A DNA stretch of 22,105 nucleotides, from the IMG/VR virus record IMGVR_UViG_2671180609_000024, one strand, 5' to 3'. The notes beneath the pieces are model-generated. The model was not told where the DNA came from and did no database searches. It saw only the letters and a program-made list of their open reading frames with translations. A program made the position numbers and the translations under genes. Below are positions 1 to 9,540 of the stretch, piece by piece. This DNA is from a virus (taxonomy: Duplodnaviria; Heunggongvirae; Uroviricota; Caudoviricetes). How positions within the stretch are numbered: the first letter of the stretch is position 1; every line of letters begins with the position of its first letter.

Positions 1-1254
1 ATGCTGGAACAAATGGGCATTGCCGCGAAGCAAGCCTCGTATAAATTAGCGCAACTCTCCAGCCGCGAAAAAAATCGCGTGCTGGAAAAAATCGCCGATG
101 AACTGGAAGCACAAAGCGAAATCATCCTCAACGCTAACGCCCAGGATGTTGCTGACGCGCGAGCCAATGGCCTTAGCGAAGCGATGCTTGACCGTCTGGC
201 ACTGACGCCCGCACGGCTGAAAGGCATTGCCGACGATGTACGTCAGGTGTGCAACCTCGCCGATCCAGTGGGGCAGGTAATCGATGGCGGCGTACTGGAC
301 AGCGGCCTGCGTCTTGAGCGTCGTCGCGTACCGCTGGGGGTTATTGGCGTGATTTATGAAGCGCGCCCGAACGTGACGGTTGATGTCGCTTCGCTGTGCC
401 TGAAAACCGGTAACGCGGTGATCCTGCGTGGTGGCAAAGAAACCTGTCGCACTAACGCGGCAACGGTGGTGGTGATTCAGGACGCCCTGAAATCCTGTGG
501 CTTACCGGCGGGTGCCGTGCAGGCGATTGATAATCCTGACCGTGCGCTGGTCAGTGAAATGCTGCGTATGGATAAATACATCGACATGCTGATCCCGCGC
601 GGCGGGGCTGGTTTGCATAAACTGTGCCGCGAGCAGTCGACGATCCCGGTGATCACAGGTGGTATAGGCGTATGCCATATTTATGTTGATGAAAGTGCAG
701 AGATTGCTGAAGCCCTGAAAGTAATCGTCAATGCGAAAACTCAGCGTCCGAGCACATGTAATACGGTAGAAACGTTGCTGGTGAATAAAAACATCGCCTA
801 TAGCTTCCTGCCCGCATTAAGCAAACAAATGGCGGAAAGCGGCGTGACGTTACACGCAGATGCATCTGCGCTGGCGCAGTTGCAGACAGGCCCTGCGAAG
901 GTGGTGGCGGTTAAAGCCGAAGAGTATGACGATGAGTTTCTGTCATTAGATTTGAACGTCAAAATCGTCAGCGATCTTGACGATGCCATCGCCCATATTC
1001 GTGAACACGGCACGCAACACTCCGATGCGATCCTGACCCGCGATATGCGCAACGCCCAGCGTTTTGTTAACGAAGTGGATTCGTCCGCTGTTTACGTTAA
1101 CGCCTCTACGCGTTTTACCGACGGCGGCCAGTTTGGACTGGGTGCGGAAGTGGCGGTAAGCACACAAAAACTCCACGCGCGTGGCCCAATGGGGCTGGAA
1201 GCACTGACCACTTACAAGTGGATCGGCATTGGTGATTACACCATTCGTGCGTAA
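1..1254 (+). CDS. proA: Gamma-glutamyl phosphate reductase (glutamate-5-semialdehyde dehydrogenase), complete 417 aa
   Basis: Full-length ORF; the translation matches enterobacterial ProA as I remember it along its whole length ([20 protein letters not shown] ... [12 protein letters not shown]). Conserved core-genome GC and codon usage. Confidence 0.95.
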
Positions 1255-1368
1255 ATAAAACCGGGTGATGCAAAAGTAGCCGTTTGATTCACAAGGCCAT
1301 TGACGCATCGCCCGGTTAGTTTTAACCTTGTCCACCGTGATTCACGTTCGTGAACATGTCCTTTCAGG

Positions 1369-1444
1369 GCCGATATAGCTCAGTTGGTAGAGCAGCGCAT
1401 TCGTAATGCGAAGGTCGTAGGTTCGACTCCTATTATCGGCACCA
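1369..1444 (+). tRNA. thrW: tRNA-Thr (anticodon CGU), 76 nt with encoded CCA
   Basis: GCCGATATAGCTCAGTTGGTAGAGCAGCGCATTCGTAATGCGAAGGTCGTAGGTTCGACTCCTATTATCGGCACCA; cloverleaf with anticodon loop TTCGTAA; sits immediately downstream of proA as thrW does in E. coli. Confidence 0.93.
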
Positions 1445-1458
1445 TTTAAATCAATAAG

Positions 1459-2433
1459 TTACACATCATTAGTACCTTCCTTATTTTTTGACTGGGACAA
1501 ATTTGGGACCGATGGGTTCAGGATCGAGTCTATTTGCCGTGCGTGTTCGGTAAGGTGATTAGGTGCAAGGTGAGCATATCGACGAACCATTTCGATAGAC
1601 TCCCAGCCTCCCATTTCCTGTAACACTGACAACGGGACTCCGGCTTGAACCAGCCAACTTGCCCAGGTGTGTCTCAAGTCGTGAAATCTGAAATCATCAA
1701 TACCAGCCCGTCTCAGCGCCGCTTTCCAGGCTGTGTTTGCGTCATACCGCATCTTCCTTACTGTTGGCGCTTTCGTTCCGTCTGGTTTGGTACAGCTTTC
1801 CTTGTACACAAATACCCAACGGTGATGATTACCGATTTGTTTTTTCAATACGCGACATGCAGTATCATTCAGCGCAACGCCAATTGCGCGGTTTGATTTA
1901 CTCTCTTCCGGGTTTATCCATGCCACCCGGCGCTGCATATCTATTTGTTGCCATTCAAGGTTGATGATGTTCGAGCGTCTTAAGCCTGTTGCCAGTGCAA
2001 ATTCAACAACAGACTTTAATGGCTCCGGACATTCATCAATCAGCCTTTGTGCTTCATGGGGCTCCAGCCAGCGGATCCGTTTATTCTTTGGTTGAGGCAC
2101 TTTAATAATTGGTGCCTTATCGAGCATTTTCCATTCACGCTCTGCGGCTCTTAGCAGGGCCTTTATAAATGAAAGATGCGTAGCCTTCGTTGCAACGGAC
2201 GCTGGTTTTGGCGTGTATTCTGGAACAGGTTTCCCTTTTTTTCTGCATGCTTCTGCCCTGAGTTTCCAGTTTTCCTCATGACGCCGGTTCGTCATTTTCT
2301 GCATTGCTGAATAAATTTTTGATTCAGTAATGTCTCTTAGTTGCATTCCTGCGAAATGTTGAAGCCAGAATCCGATCTGCTTTCCATTGAGCCTGTTTCT
2401 CTGCGCGACGTTCGCGGCGGCGTGTTTGTGCAT
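1459..2433 (-). CDS. Tyrosine-type phage integrase, lambdoid/DLP12-like catalytic domain; the first 19 codons of the ORF are an out-of-frame reading of a lambda-N-like gene start, so the native N-terminus is probably missing
   Basis: C-terminal catalytic signature [39 protein letters not shown] (R..HxxR..Y tyrosine recombinase motifs). Adjacent to and transcribed toward the tRNA. The ORF start [19 protein letters not shown] is the +1-frame reading of ATGGATGCACAAACACGCCGCCGCGAACGTCGCGCAGAGAAACAGGCTCAATGGAAAGCAG. Confidence 0.8.
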   Translation of the reverse strand: MHKHAAANVAQRNRLNGKQIGFWLQHFAGMQLRDITESKIYSAMQKMTNRRHEENWKLRAEACRKKGKPVPEYTPKPASVATKATHLSFIKALLRAAEREWKMLDKAPIIKVPQPKNKRIRWLEPHEAQRLIDECPEPLKSVVEFALATGLRRSNIINLEWQQIDMQRRVAWINPEESKSNRAIGVALNDTACRVLKKQIGNHHRWVFVYKESCTKPDGTKAPTVRKMRYDANTAWKAALRRAGIDDFRFHDLRHTWASWLVQAGVPLSVLQEMGGWESIEMVRRYAHLAPNHLTEHARQIDSILNPSVPNLSQSKNKEGTNDV

Positions 2434-2437
2434 CCAT
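2377..2437 (-). pseudogene. Lambda N-like antiterminator gene fragment (first 20 codons, [20 protein letters not shown]), then breakpoint
   Basis: Minus-strand sequence ATGGATGCACAAACACGCCGCCGCGAACGTCGCGCAGAGAAACAGGCTCAATGGAAAGCAG matches the lambda N start as I recall it, then diverges. The listed ORF 2324..2569 is a read-through of this fragment. Confidence 0.8.
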
Positions 2438-2592
2438 CTGGATTCTCCTGTTAGTTAGCTTTGGTTGTGTGTGGGAGTCGTAGTCCTGAACGAAAACACC
2501 CCGCAATGGCACATTGGCTGCTAATCCGGATTCGCACTTCCGGCCAATGCTTCGTTTCGTATCACACACACCAAAGCCTTCTGCTTTGAATG

Positions 2593-2607
2593 CTGCCCTT
2601 CTTCAGG
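2593..2607 (-). promoter_or_regulatory. nutL boxB-like hairpin (GCCCTGAAGAAGGGC on the minus strand)
   Basis: Plus strand reads GCCCTTCTTCAGGGC, the reverse complement of the lambda nutL boxB; it lies between the PL-like promoter and the N fragment, as in lambda. Confidence 0.75.
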
Positions 2608-2664
2608 GCTTAATTTTTAAGAGCATCACCTTCATGGTGGTTAGTGCGTCCTGCTGATGTGCTT

Positions 2665-2693
2665 GGTATCACCGCTAGTGGTATTTGTGTCAA
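2665..2693 (-). promoter_or_regulatory. Lambda PL-like promoter (-35 TTGACA, 17-bp spacer, -10 GATACC) firing toward N' and int
   Basis: Minus strand reads GATGTTGACACAAATACCACTAGCGGTGATACCAAGCACATCAGCAGG, near-identical to the lambda PL core (TTGACATAAATACCACTGGCGGTGATACT). Confidence 0.75.
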
Positions 2694-2727
2694 CATCGCC
2701 AGAGATAATTTATCACCGCAGATGGTT
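2667..2727. promoter_or_regulatory. Three lambda-type CI operator sites (OL1-, OL2-, OL3-like 17-mers)
   Basis: TATCACCGCTAGTGGTA (2667-2683), CAACATCGCCAGAGATA (2691-2707), TATCACCGCAGATGGTT (2711-2727); each within one mismatch of lambda OL1/OL2/OL3 as I recall them, with lambda-like spacing. Confidence 0.8.
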
Positions 2728-2908
2728 ATCTGTATGTTTTTTATATAGATTTATTTTTTGCAGGGTTGTGTGGCTTGGGAGGTGATCGAGAGATCAGAAT
2801 TGCGTTGTTTAGTGAGTTGCACCTATTAATTTTAAAATAAATACAATTGGTATCGATGAATTACAGTTGGTGGGCTGTTGGTGAGTAATTTTATTCAGGG
2901 TGATTTAT

Positions 2909-3352
2909 ATGGACGAATATGTTTATAGCGCAAGGCATAATGCTTTTTTCCCTGTGGATATGATTGATAAATATAAATCAGAGGGATGGGATTTATCAGA
3001 CGCTAAGGAAGTAAATCAAAATATTATCAGTGAGTTTATGGCTGAACCGCCACAAGGAAAAATCCGTATTGCCGGAGATGATGGGCTGCCTGCGTGGGCA
3101 GATATTCCTCCACCCACGCATGAAGAGCTTATTGAAATTACTGAATCAGAAAGACAGCTACTAATTAACCAGGCCAACGAATACATGAACAGTAAGCAAT
3201 GGCCCGGTAAAGCGGCTATTGGTCGTCTGAAAGGTGACGAACTGACGCAATATAATTTGTGGCTGGATTATCTGGACGCACTGGAGCTGGTCGATACTTC
3301 CGGTGCGCCAGATATTGAATGGCCTACGCCTCCGGCAGTTCAGGCCAGATGA
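2909..3352 (+). CDS. tfa: Tail fibre assembly protein (Tfa family)
   Basis: C-terminal Tfa signature LELVDTSGAPDIEWPTPP (compare lambda Tfa VDTSTAPDIEWP). Likely start is the ATG at 2909; the listed ORF begins at an upstream GTG at 2900. Confidence 0.8.
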   Translation: MDEYVYSARHNAFFPVDMIDKYKSEGWDLSDAKEVNQNIISEFMAEPPQGKIRIAGDDGLPAWADIPPPTHEELIEITESERQLLINQANEYMNSKQWPGKAAIGRLKGDELTQYNLWLDYLDALELVDTSGAPDIEWPTPPAVQAR

Positions 3353-3917
3353 CATCCGGCGCGGTGCTGGTATCTGTTGCCGTCACCGCGTCAATGTAAT
3401 CCAGCACGGCGTTAAGTCGGGTTGTTTCTGCCTGAGTCAGTTTCCGTCCGGCCTGTAACTTCAGCTGAATCAGACTAATGGAAGCCATTGCTGCATCAAT
3501 CAGTGATTGGCGCTGTGCTTCTGCCGCGTCTACTGCGGCACTGTGTTGTGCCTCAGTGTCTGTCACCCATTTCTCACCATCCCATTTATCGTATGGCGTT
3601 AACGGTGAAATCGTGACATAACCGTCTTTGATGGCACCGATATAATCCACTGTAACAGCTGCGCCATTTTCGATTGAGTAAACAGTCTCATTGCGATGGT
3701 CTTCTTCATGGCTCCATCCCTTACCTGTAAATACTGCCACTCTTCCCGGAATGTTTTCGCCAGGGTCAATACCAGTGGAACAGGCGGGCATACTTACGCC
3801 AGTATTAATATATTCATCAGACCAGCCCGTATACTCAGATGTTTCAGCATCATAATAAAAACAACGCATATCGCCCGGCACTGTAGCCAGCCCATTTTCA
3901 TCAAAAACAGGTTTCAT
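3324..3917 (-). CDS. Tail fibre assembly protein, alternative copy in inverted orientation (Tfa')
   Basis: C-terminus ...DYIDAVTATDTSTAPDVIWPELPEA carries the same Tfa signature; convergent with the plus-strand tfa, as in Mu G / P1 C / e14 P invertible segments. Confidence 0.8.
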   Translation of the reverse strand: MKPVFDENGLATVPGDMRCFYYDAETSEYTGWSDEYINTGVSMPACSTGIDPGENIPGRVAVFTGKGWSHEEDHRNETVYSIENGAAVTVDYIGAIKDGYVTISPLTPYDKWDGEKWVTDTEAQHSAAVDAAEAQRQSLIDAAMASISLIQLKLQAGRKLTQAETTRLNAVLDYIDAVTATDTSTAPDVIWPELPEA

Positions 3918-4414
3918 TATTTAGCCCTCACCAGAAAGTTAAATGCAATATTTCGCGGTCTGACTGCAACAAAATTCACACCATCACCCACAGAGTTACT
4001 GGTGAAATTAAATCGTGAAAATCCTGGCTGATTTCCGGCGATGCCATCATGAAAGTTAATTGCGTGTCCCGCACCTTCGCCTATATTCCCGGCAAACTGA
4101 GAAAAGTTTGTAGCTGCCTGCCAGCTTAATAATTCGCGACCACCGTCTGCACCTCGCCCGTCATCCCAGATACGAATGAAATCACCGCGGGCTTCAGGTA
4201 ATACCAGCGAAGGAAACACTTTCGCCAGCACAGGATAATCAGTGGCAGAGAATTTCGCGCCGTTGAACTTCAAAAACACCATACAGGACCAGCTGTCGAT
4301 TACAGTATTTGGCATTGCAGCGGACGGCCAGAAGAACGGAACGCCAATAGCTGGAGCACCTTCTCTCAAACCAACGTTTATGAAAATGCAGAAATAACGA
4401 GCAAATGGCATCAT
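3917..4414 (-). pseudogene. Tail fibre C-terminal variable-segment fragment (Stf'-like); no constant N-terminal tail-fibre part in the window
   Basis: Gly/Asn/Phe-rich ORF immediately upstream of, and coupled to, tfa' (3917 overlap); its 5' end contains the recombinase crossover-like site. By position it is the alternative variable exon of an invertible tail-fibre gene. Confidence 0.6.
4361..4386. promoter_or_regulatory. Candidate Hin/Gin/Pin-type crossover site (hix/gix/pix-like 26-mer)
   Basis: TTCTCTCAAACCAACGTTTATGAAAA matches hixL (TTCTTGAAAACCAAGGTTTTTGATAA) at about 19 of 26 positions; about 55 bp upstream of the invertase start, where crossover sites lie in known systems. Confidence 0.5.
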
Positions 4415-4440
4415 TCCTGCTTTTGTCAGGGAGATCTACC

Positions 4441-4995
4441 ATGCTTATTGGCTATGTACGTGTGTCAACAAATGACCAGAACACAGATCTACAACGTAAT
4501 GCGCTGAACTGTGCAGGATGCGAGCTGATTTTTGAAGACAAGATAAGCGGTACAAAGTCCGAAAGGCCGGGACTGAAAAAACTGCTCAGGACATTATCGG
4601 CAGGTGACACTCTGGTTGTCTGGAAACTGGATCGGCTGGGGCGCAGTATGCGGCATCTGGTCATTCTGGTTGAGGAGTTGCGCGAACGTGGCGTTAATTT
4701 TCGCAGCCTGACGGATGCTATTGATACCAGTACCCCAATGGGGCGCTTTTTCTTTCATGTGATGGGGGCCCTGGCTGAAATGGAACGAGAACTGATTGTT
4801 GAACGAACAAAAGCTGGACTGGAAGCTGCTCGCGCACAGGGACGAATTGGTGGACGTCGTCCCAAACTTACACCAGAACAATGGGCGCAGGCCGGACGAT
4901 TAATTGCAGCAGGAATTCCTCGCCAGAAGGTAGCGATCATCTATGATGTTGGTGTATCGACACTGTATAAGAAGTTTCCGGCCGGAGATAAATGA
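4441..4995 (+). CDS. pin: Serine-type DNA invertase, Pin/Hin/Gin/Cin family
   Basis: MLIGYVRVSTNDQNTDLQRNAL... resolvase/invertase catalytic domain with the active-site Ser in YVRVST, plus a C-terminal HTH. SD GGGAG 7 nt upstream of the ATG at 4441; the listed ORF begins 12 codons upstream. Confidence 0.9.
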   Translation: MLIGYVRVSTNDQNTDLQRNALNCAGCELIFEDKISGTKSERPGLKKLLRTLSAGDTLVVWKLDRLGRSMRHLVILVEELRERGVNFRSLTDAIDTSTPMGRFFFHVMGALAEMERELIVERTKAGLEAARAQGRIGGRRPKLTPEQWAQAGRLIAAGIPRQKVAIIYDVGVSTLYKKFPAGDK

Positions 4996-5052
4996 AACCG
5001 TAGCACGTCGTATGCAAGATCGTGCTGCGGTTTATGCTTACCACTTGAAGAT

Positions 5053-5922
<870 letters not shown>

Positions 5923-6006
5923 CTAACCCTTTGAATTTACATAGCGCAAAAAGATACCTTTCCTCATAATGTGAGCTAATTTTATGTTTCGTTTGATGAT
6001 CGGGTC

Positions 6007-6067
6007 GGTCTCGAAAACCGGAGTAGGGGCAACTCTACCGGGGGTTCAAATCCCCCTCTCTCCGCCA
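6007..6067 (+). pseudogene. 3' fragment (about 61 nt) of a tRNA-Ser gene (serU-type) - an att-site remnant, not a functional tRNA
   Basis: GGTCTCGAAAACCGGAGTAGGGGCAACTCTACCGGGGGTTCAAATCCCCCTCTCTCCGCCA matches the anticodon-arm-to-3'-end of E. coli tRNA-Ser(CGA) as I recall it; upstream sequence does not form the acceptor or D arm. Confidence 0.8.
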
Positions 6068-6649
6068 CTTTATCAATGACTTATCTCCCGACTTCCCGTC
6101 TTGCTTTTCCTAAACAGAACAATCGTAGAATATTCTTGAAGGGTTAGATCGTCACTGTTTTCTGTTCGATACTGTGACATTCAGCACTTGATTCGCTATG
6201 GATCTGACAGGAAGGTTTTGAGCGAAAATCTGCAGTTATTCAGTCGTTTTCTTATCGGTCACCATTATTCTTTTAGACATTGATCCTACAAAGCTGCCGC
6301 AAAGTTGGTGGTGGGAACTGAAGTTGCGTAGAGAAGGGGTCAATACCCGGAGGCAAACATGGGCTGGCAAAAGTGTAGCGGTATTAGGCGCAGCTATTTA
6401 GCCTAGTTATGTTTTATGAAAACTTGATATCATATAAGTGTCTTACTTATTGGCTGTAAATAAGTTTTTCCTAAGGAATTGTTTCTTGAGTATCATTTGT
6501 AACTGTAACGGAATTTATAATCCTTTGCTTTATTGTTACGGTATTTTTTATCACACCCTATTTTTAGTGGTTTTTTATACTGAAGTTTGGCAAAGTGAAC
6601 TTTATATACATATACTTCATCCTGGTTTCAGTTAAATTGGGGGGATGAT

Positions 6650-7393
6650 ATGGCAACTACATGTTCAGTTATATTGATTTTGGAGTCCTTTGATGTTTAT
6701 TTCGGAAAAGAGAGTGTGTTTCTGGAGAGAGGTTCATCTGTACTTGTCGACTCTAGCTCTAGAGATTTTTTCCTGACATATCCTGAAAGAGTGATAGTGG
6801 CGGATTTTGGCGCTGAGTTTATTAGTCGCTATTTGAAAGCTAATAACTTAAGGGATATTTCTGATTGTAGGGAATATCCATCTTATTTAAAAATAAACTT
6901 TGCTGACTTCAGTTTAATTAAAGGATTAATTAGTTGGGCTAATCACTGTGCTGAATACATAGAAATTTTTGATGAGTCTATTGCTTTTACATGTCTCTCT
7001 GCATTTTCTTCTGAAAAACAATTTGGAGTATTTCTGTTTGGATGTTTGAAAAGCACAGGGGCTAAAGTTAAAACGATTATTCATACGGATTTATCTGCAC
7101 CATGGCGTCTTAAGGATATATCATCAAGATTATATCTCAGCGAAAGTTTACTAAAGAGGAAATTGAAAGAAGAGGGGGTATCATTCAGTAAGATCATACT
7201 TGATGAGAGGATGCAAATGGCTGAATATTTACTCAGCACTCGTTGTTATCCTATTAGTAAAGTAGCTAAGGTCTGTGGTTATGCCAGTGTCTCATACTTT
7301 ACTTATGTATTTAGACGTTATTTTGGTGTTTCTCCAAGTCAATACTCTCAGAGGAGTTCAGAAAGTAAAATTCTTACTCACCAGGGAATCTGA
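6650..7393 (+). CDS. AraC/XylS-family transcriptional regulator (AppY/GadX/Rns-like)
   Basis: C-terminal dual-HTH AraC domain (WRLKDISSRLYLSESLLKRKLKEEGVSFSKIILDERMQMAEYLL ... VCGYASVSYFTYVFRRYFGVSPSQY) aligns by eye to AppY. Very AT-rich gene with a long AT-rich leader; SD GGGGGATGA before the ATG. Confidence 0.85.
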   Translation: MATTCSVILILESFDVYFGKESVFLERGSSVLVDSSSRDFFLTYPERVIVADFGAEFISRYLKANNLRDISDCREYPSYLKINFADFSLIKGLISWANHCAEYIEIFDESIAFTCLSAFSSEKQFGVFLFGCLKSTGAKVKTIIHTDLSAPWRLKDISSRLYLSESLLKRKLKEEGVSFSKIILDERMQMAEYLLSTRCYPISKVAKVCGYASVSYFTYVFRRYFGVSPSQYSQRSSESKILTHQGI

Positions 7394-7395
7394 TC

Positions 7396-7872
7396 ATTGT
7401 TCTTGCCCCCTTATTTCCAGACAGGGGGGGTATCTTAAGTTAACGTTACCCGCTGACGTCGATATTCTCGCGGAGAGCGATAACCCAACGCACTGTGCGG
7501 ATGGTTTTCATTGTAATGTTCGATCGCCACTGCAAGATTATGCAATGCCGTTCTTACATTCGGTTTCGGCATGAACGCGATGTAGTCTTCCTTCATCGTT
7601 TTCACGAACCTTTCTGCAATTCCATTACTCTGAGGACTGCTGATTGCCGTTGTGCAGGGCTCCAGATTCAACTCTCTGGCGAACTGCCGTGTTTCATGCG
7701 CTCTATACGCTGAACCGTTATCTGTCAGCCACTGGATGGACTGTTCCGGTACTTTATCGCCAAAGCGTTTTTCTATCGCTCCTAACATGACATCCTGCAC
7801 TGTCGCTTTATCGTAACCTCCCGTGCTTGCGGCCCAGTCTATGGCTTCACGATCGCAACAGTCCAGGGCGAT
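7396..7872 (-). mobile_element. IS2-like (IS3-family) element remnant: 3' part of the orfB transposase plus a terminal inverted repeat; 5' truncated
   Basis: Translation ...[38 protein letters not shown]...[18 protein letters not shown] matches the IS2 InsD C-terminal region as I recall it. Terminal sequence around 7396-7420 (revcomp CCCCCCCTGTCTGGAAATAAGGGGGCAAG) resembles an IS2 end. In-frame stop at 7873-7875. Confidence 0.8.
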
Positions 7873-8147
7873 TCATCTGGGCCAATCCTTGCTCATAACA
7901 GGCATTCACTTCAGTCATGGCAGAAAGGTATGCATGCTGGAGAAGTCGTGAAAGAAAAGAAGACTGCTGCGCCGTTTGTCGTCACGTTTATCTTCATTGG
8001 CTATGCAAGTCGTAATACAAGGTGGGACAAAACTGAGACACATAAGGCCTCGCAATGGCTTGCAAGGCTTTACATGTTTTGATGTGGTGGGACGTGTGAG
8101 CGCAGTGTTGATGGGGTAATGCTTTGAATTAGAAGCGGATTCTTATA

Positions 8148-8193
8148 ATTCGTAATGCGAAGGTCGTAGGTTCGACTCCTATTATCGGCACCA
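8148..8193 (+). repeat. Direct repeat of the tRNA-Thr 3' end (46 bp, exact): att junction between element 1 and the P4-like element
   Basis: ATTCGTAATGCGAAGGTCGTAGGTTCGACTCCTATTATCGGCACCA is identical to positions 1399-1444 of the full tRNA gene. Confidence 0.9.
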
Positions 8194-8355
8194 TCTCAAC
8201 TTCCTCAAACGTCCGTATTAGTCCATAAAATCTCTGATTTATAACATTTTTTATTCTTTTAAGTCCATAGTAGTCCGTAACCATCCAGTAGAATCCGGTA
8301 CTGAATGTGTATAGGATTGTGTATATGTTCCTGTTCGGTCTGGATTCCTATACAC

Positions 8356-9537
8356 ATGCCTTTAAACGATATGCAGATTCGCCGCGCTAAGCCTGAAGCT
8401 AAAGCCTATACATTTGGAGATGGGCTAGGGTTGTCATTACTTATAGAACCTAATGGAAGCAAGAGTTGGCGGTTCCGCTATCGCTATGCCGGCAAACCCA
8501 AAATGATCTCGCTTGGTGTTTACCCAACGATCACCCTTGCCGATGCTCGTTCCCGTCGTGATGAAGCTCGAAAACTTGTGGCAGAAGGAAAGAACCCTAG
8601 TGAGGTTCGAAAAGAGCAAAAGCTAGCTATGCAAACAGAGTCAGAGAACGCCTTCGAAAAGATAGCCAGAGAGTGGCATCAACTTAAATCTGCTAAATGG
8701 TCGGCGGGATATGCATCAGACATCATGGAAGCGTTTAAGAACGACATTTTTCCTTATGTCGGAACAAGGCCTGTGGGAGAGATTAAACCGCTAGAGCTGC
8801 TGAACGTTCTGCGTAAAATTGAGAAACGTGGTGCGTTGGAGAAAATGCGCAAAGTGCGGCAGCGTTGCTCCGAAGTGTTTCGCTACGCAATTGCAACGGG
8901 TAGGGCGGAGTACAATCCTGCGGCTGATCTCTCCAGCGCTCTCGAAGTACACCAATCCAATCATTTCCCATTCCTAAAAGCTGATGAGATACCTGATTTT
9001 CTACGTGCCTTAGAGGGTTACTCCGGGAGTAAGCTTGTCCAGATAGCCACGAAATTACTGATGATTACGGGTGTGAGAACCATCGAATTACGCGCGGCAT
9101 TATGGCAAGAATTTGATCTGGATAACGCTATTTGGGAAATTCCTGCTGAAAGGATGAAAATGCGTAGGCCACATCTTGTGCCCTTATCATCTCAAGCGGT
9201 AGATTTACTCAATGAACTCAAGATCATGACAGGGAACTATCGTTATGTTTTTCCAGGGCGGAACGATCCGAATAGGCCAATGAGCGAAGCGAGTATAAAT
9301 CAAGCCATTAAGCGTATTGGGTATGGAGGAAAAGTCACTGGACATGGTTTTCGTCATACCCTTTCTACAATCCTGCATGAGCAAGGTTTTGAGAGTGCTT
9401 GGATTGAAATCCAGTTGGCTCATGTAGATAAAAATTCTATTAGGGGGACTTATAACCATGCTCAATATTTTAGTGGAAGGAAGTCTATGATGGACTGGTA
9501 CAGTAATTTGATATTTGAAAGACTAAAAAGGAGTTAA
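8356..9537 (+). CDS. int: P4-type tyrosine integrase (N-terminal arm-binding domain + catalytic domain)
   Basis: N-terminus MPLNDMQIRRAKPEAKAYTFGDGLGLSLLIEPNGSKSWRFRYRY is the classic P4/CP4-type integrase start; C-terminal HGFRHT ... Y catalytic motifs. Immediately follows the tRNA-derived repeat and reads away from it. Confidence 0.92.
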   Translation: MPLNDMQIRRAKPEAKAYTFGDGLGLSLLIEPNGSKSWRFRYRYAGKPKMISLGVYPTITLADARSRRDEARKLVAEGKNPSEVRKEQKLAMQTESENAFEKIAREWHQLKSAKWSAGYASDIMEAFKNDIFPYVGTRPVGEIKPLELLNVLRKIEKRGALEKMRKVRQRCSEVFRYAIATGRAEYNPAADLSSALEVHQSNHFPFLKADEIPDFLRALEGYSGSKLVQIATKLLMITGVRTIELRAALWQEFDLDNAIWEIPAERMKMRRPHLVPLSSQAVDLLNELKIMTGNYRYVFPGRNDPNRPMSEASINQAIKRIGYGGKVTGHGFRHTLSTILHEQGFESAWIEIQLAHVDKNSIRGTYNHAQYFSGRKSMMDWYSNLIFERLKRS

Positions 9538-9540
9538 TTT

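Noticed and set aside
798-1335. Antisense ORFs inside proA (798..1052 and 946..1335)
   Set aside because: Lie opposite a well-supported conserved gene; typical shadow ORFs.
1645-1964. Plus-strand ORFs inside the integrase gene
   Set aside because: Shadow ORFs antisense to the integrase; no start context.
2324-2569. 81-aa ORF on the minus strand
   Set aside because: It is an in-frame read-through of the nutL leader into the N-like fragment (contains [20 protein letters not shown]), then junk after the breakpoint; not an independent gene.
2434-2900. Left-hand inverted crossover site for the Pin segment
   Set aside because: Searched for the reverse complement of the 4361-4386 site and for GGTTTT/AAACC cores; none found. 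The region is instead lambda PL/OL-like DNA, so the invertible segment appears truncated.
3696-4940. Assorted small ORFs overlapping tfa', stf' and pin (3696..4031, 4239..4442, 4452..4664, 4594..4881, 4755..4940)
   Set aside because: All overlap better-supported genes on the opposite strand or in another frame.
6438-6635. 65-aa ORF in the AT-rich leader of the AraC-family gene
   Set aside because: Low-complexity AT-rich sequence with no RBS; typical of random ORFs in promoter DNA.
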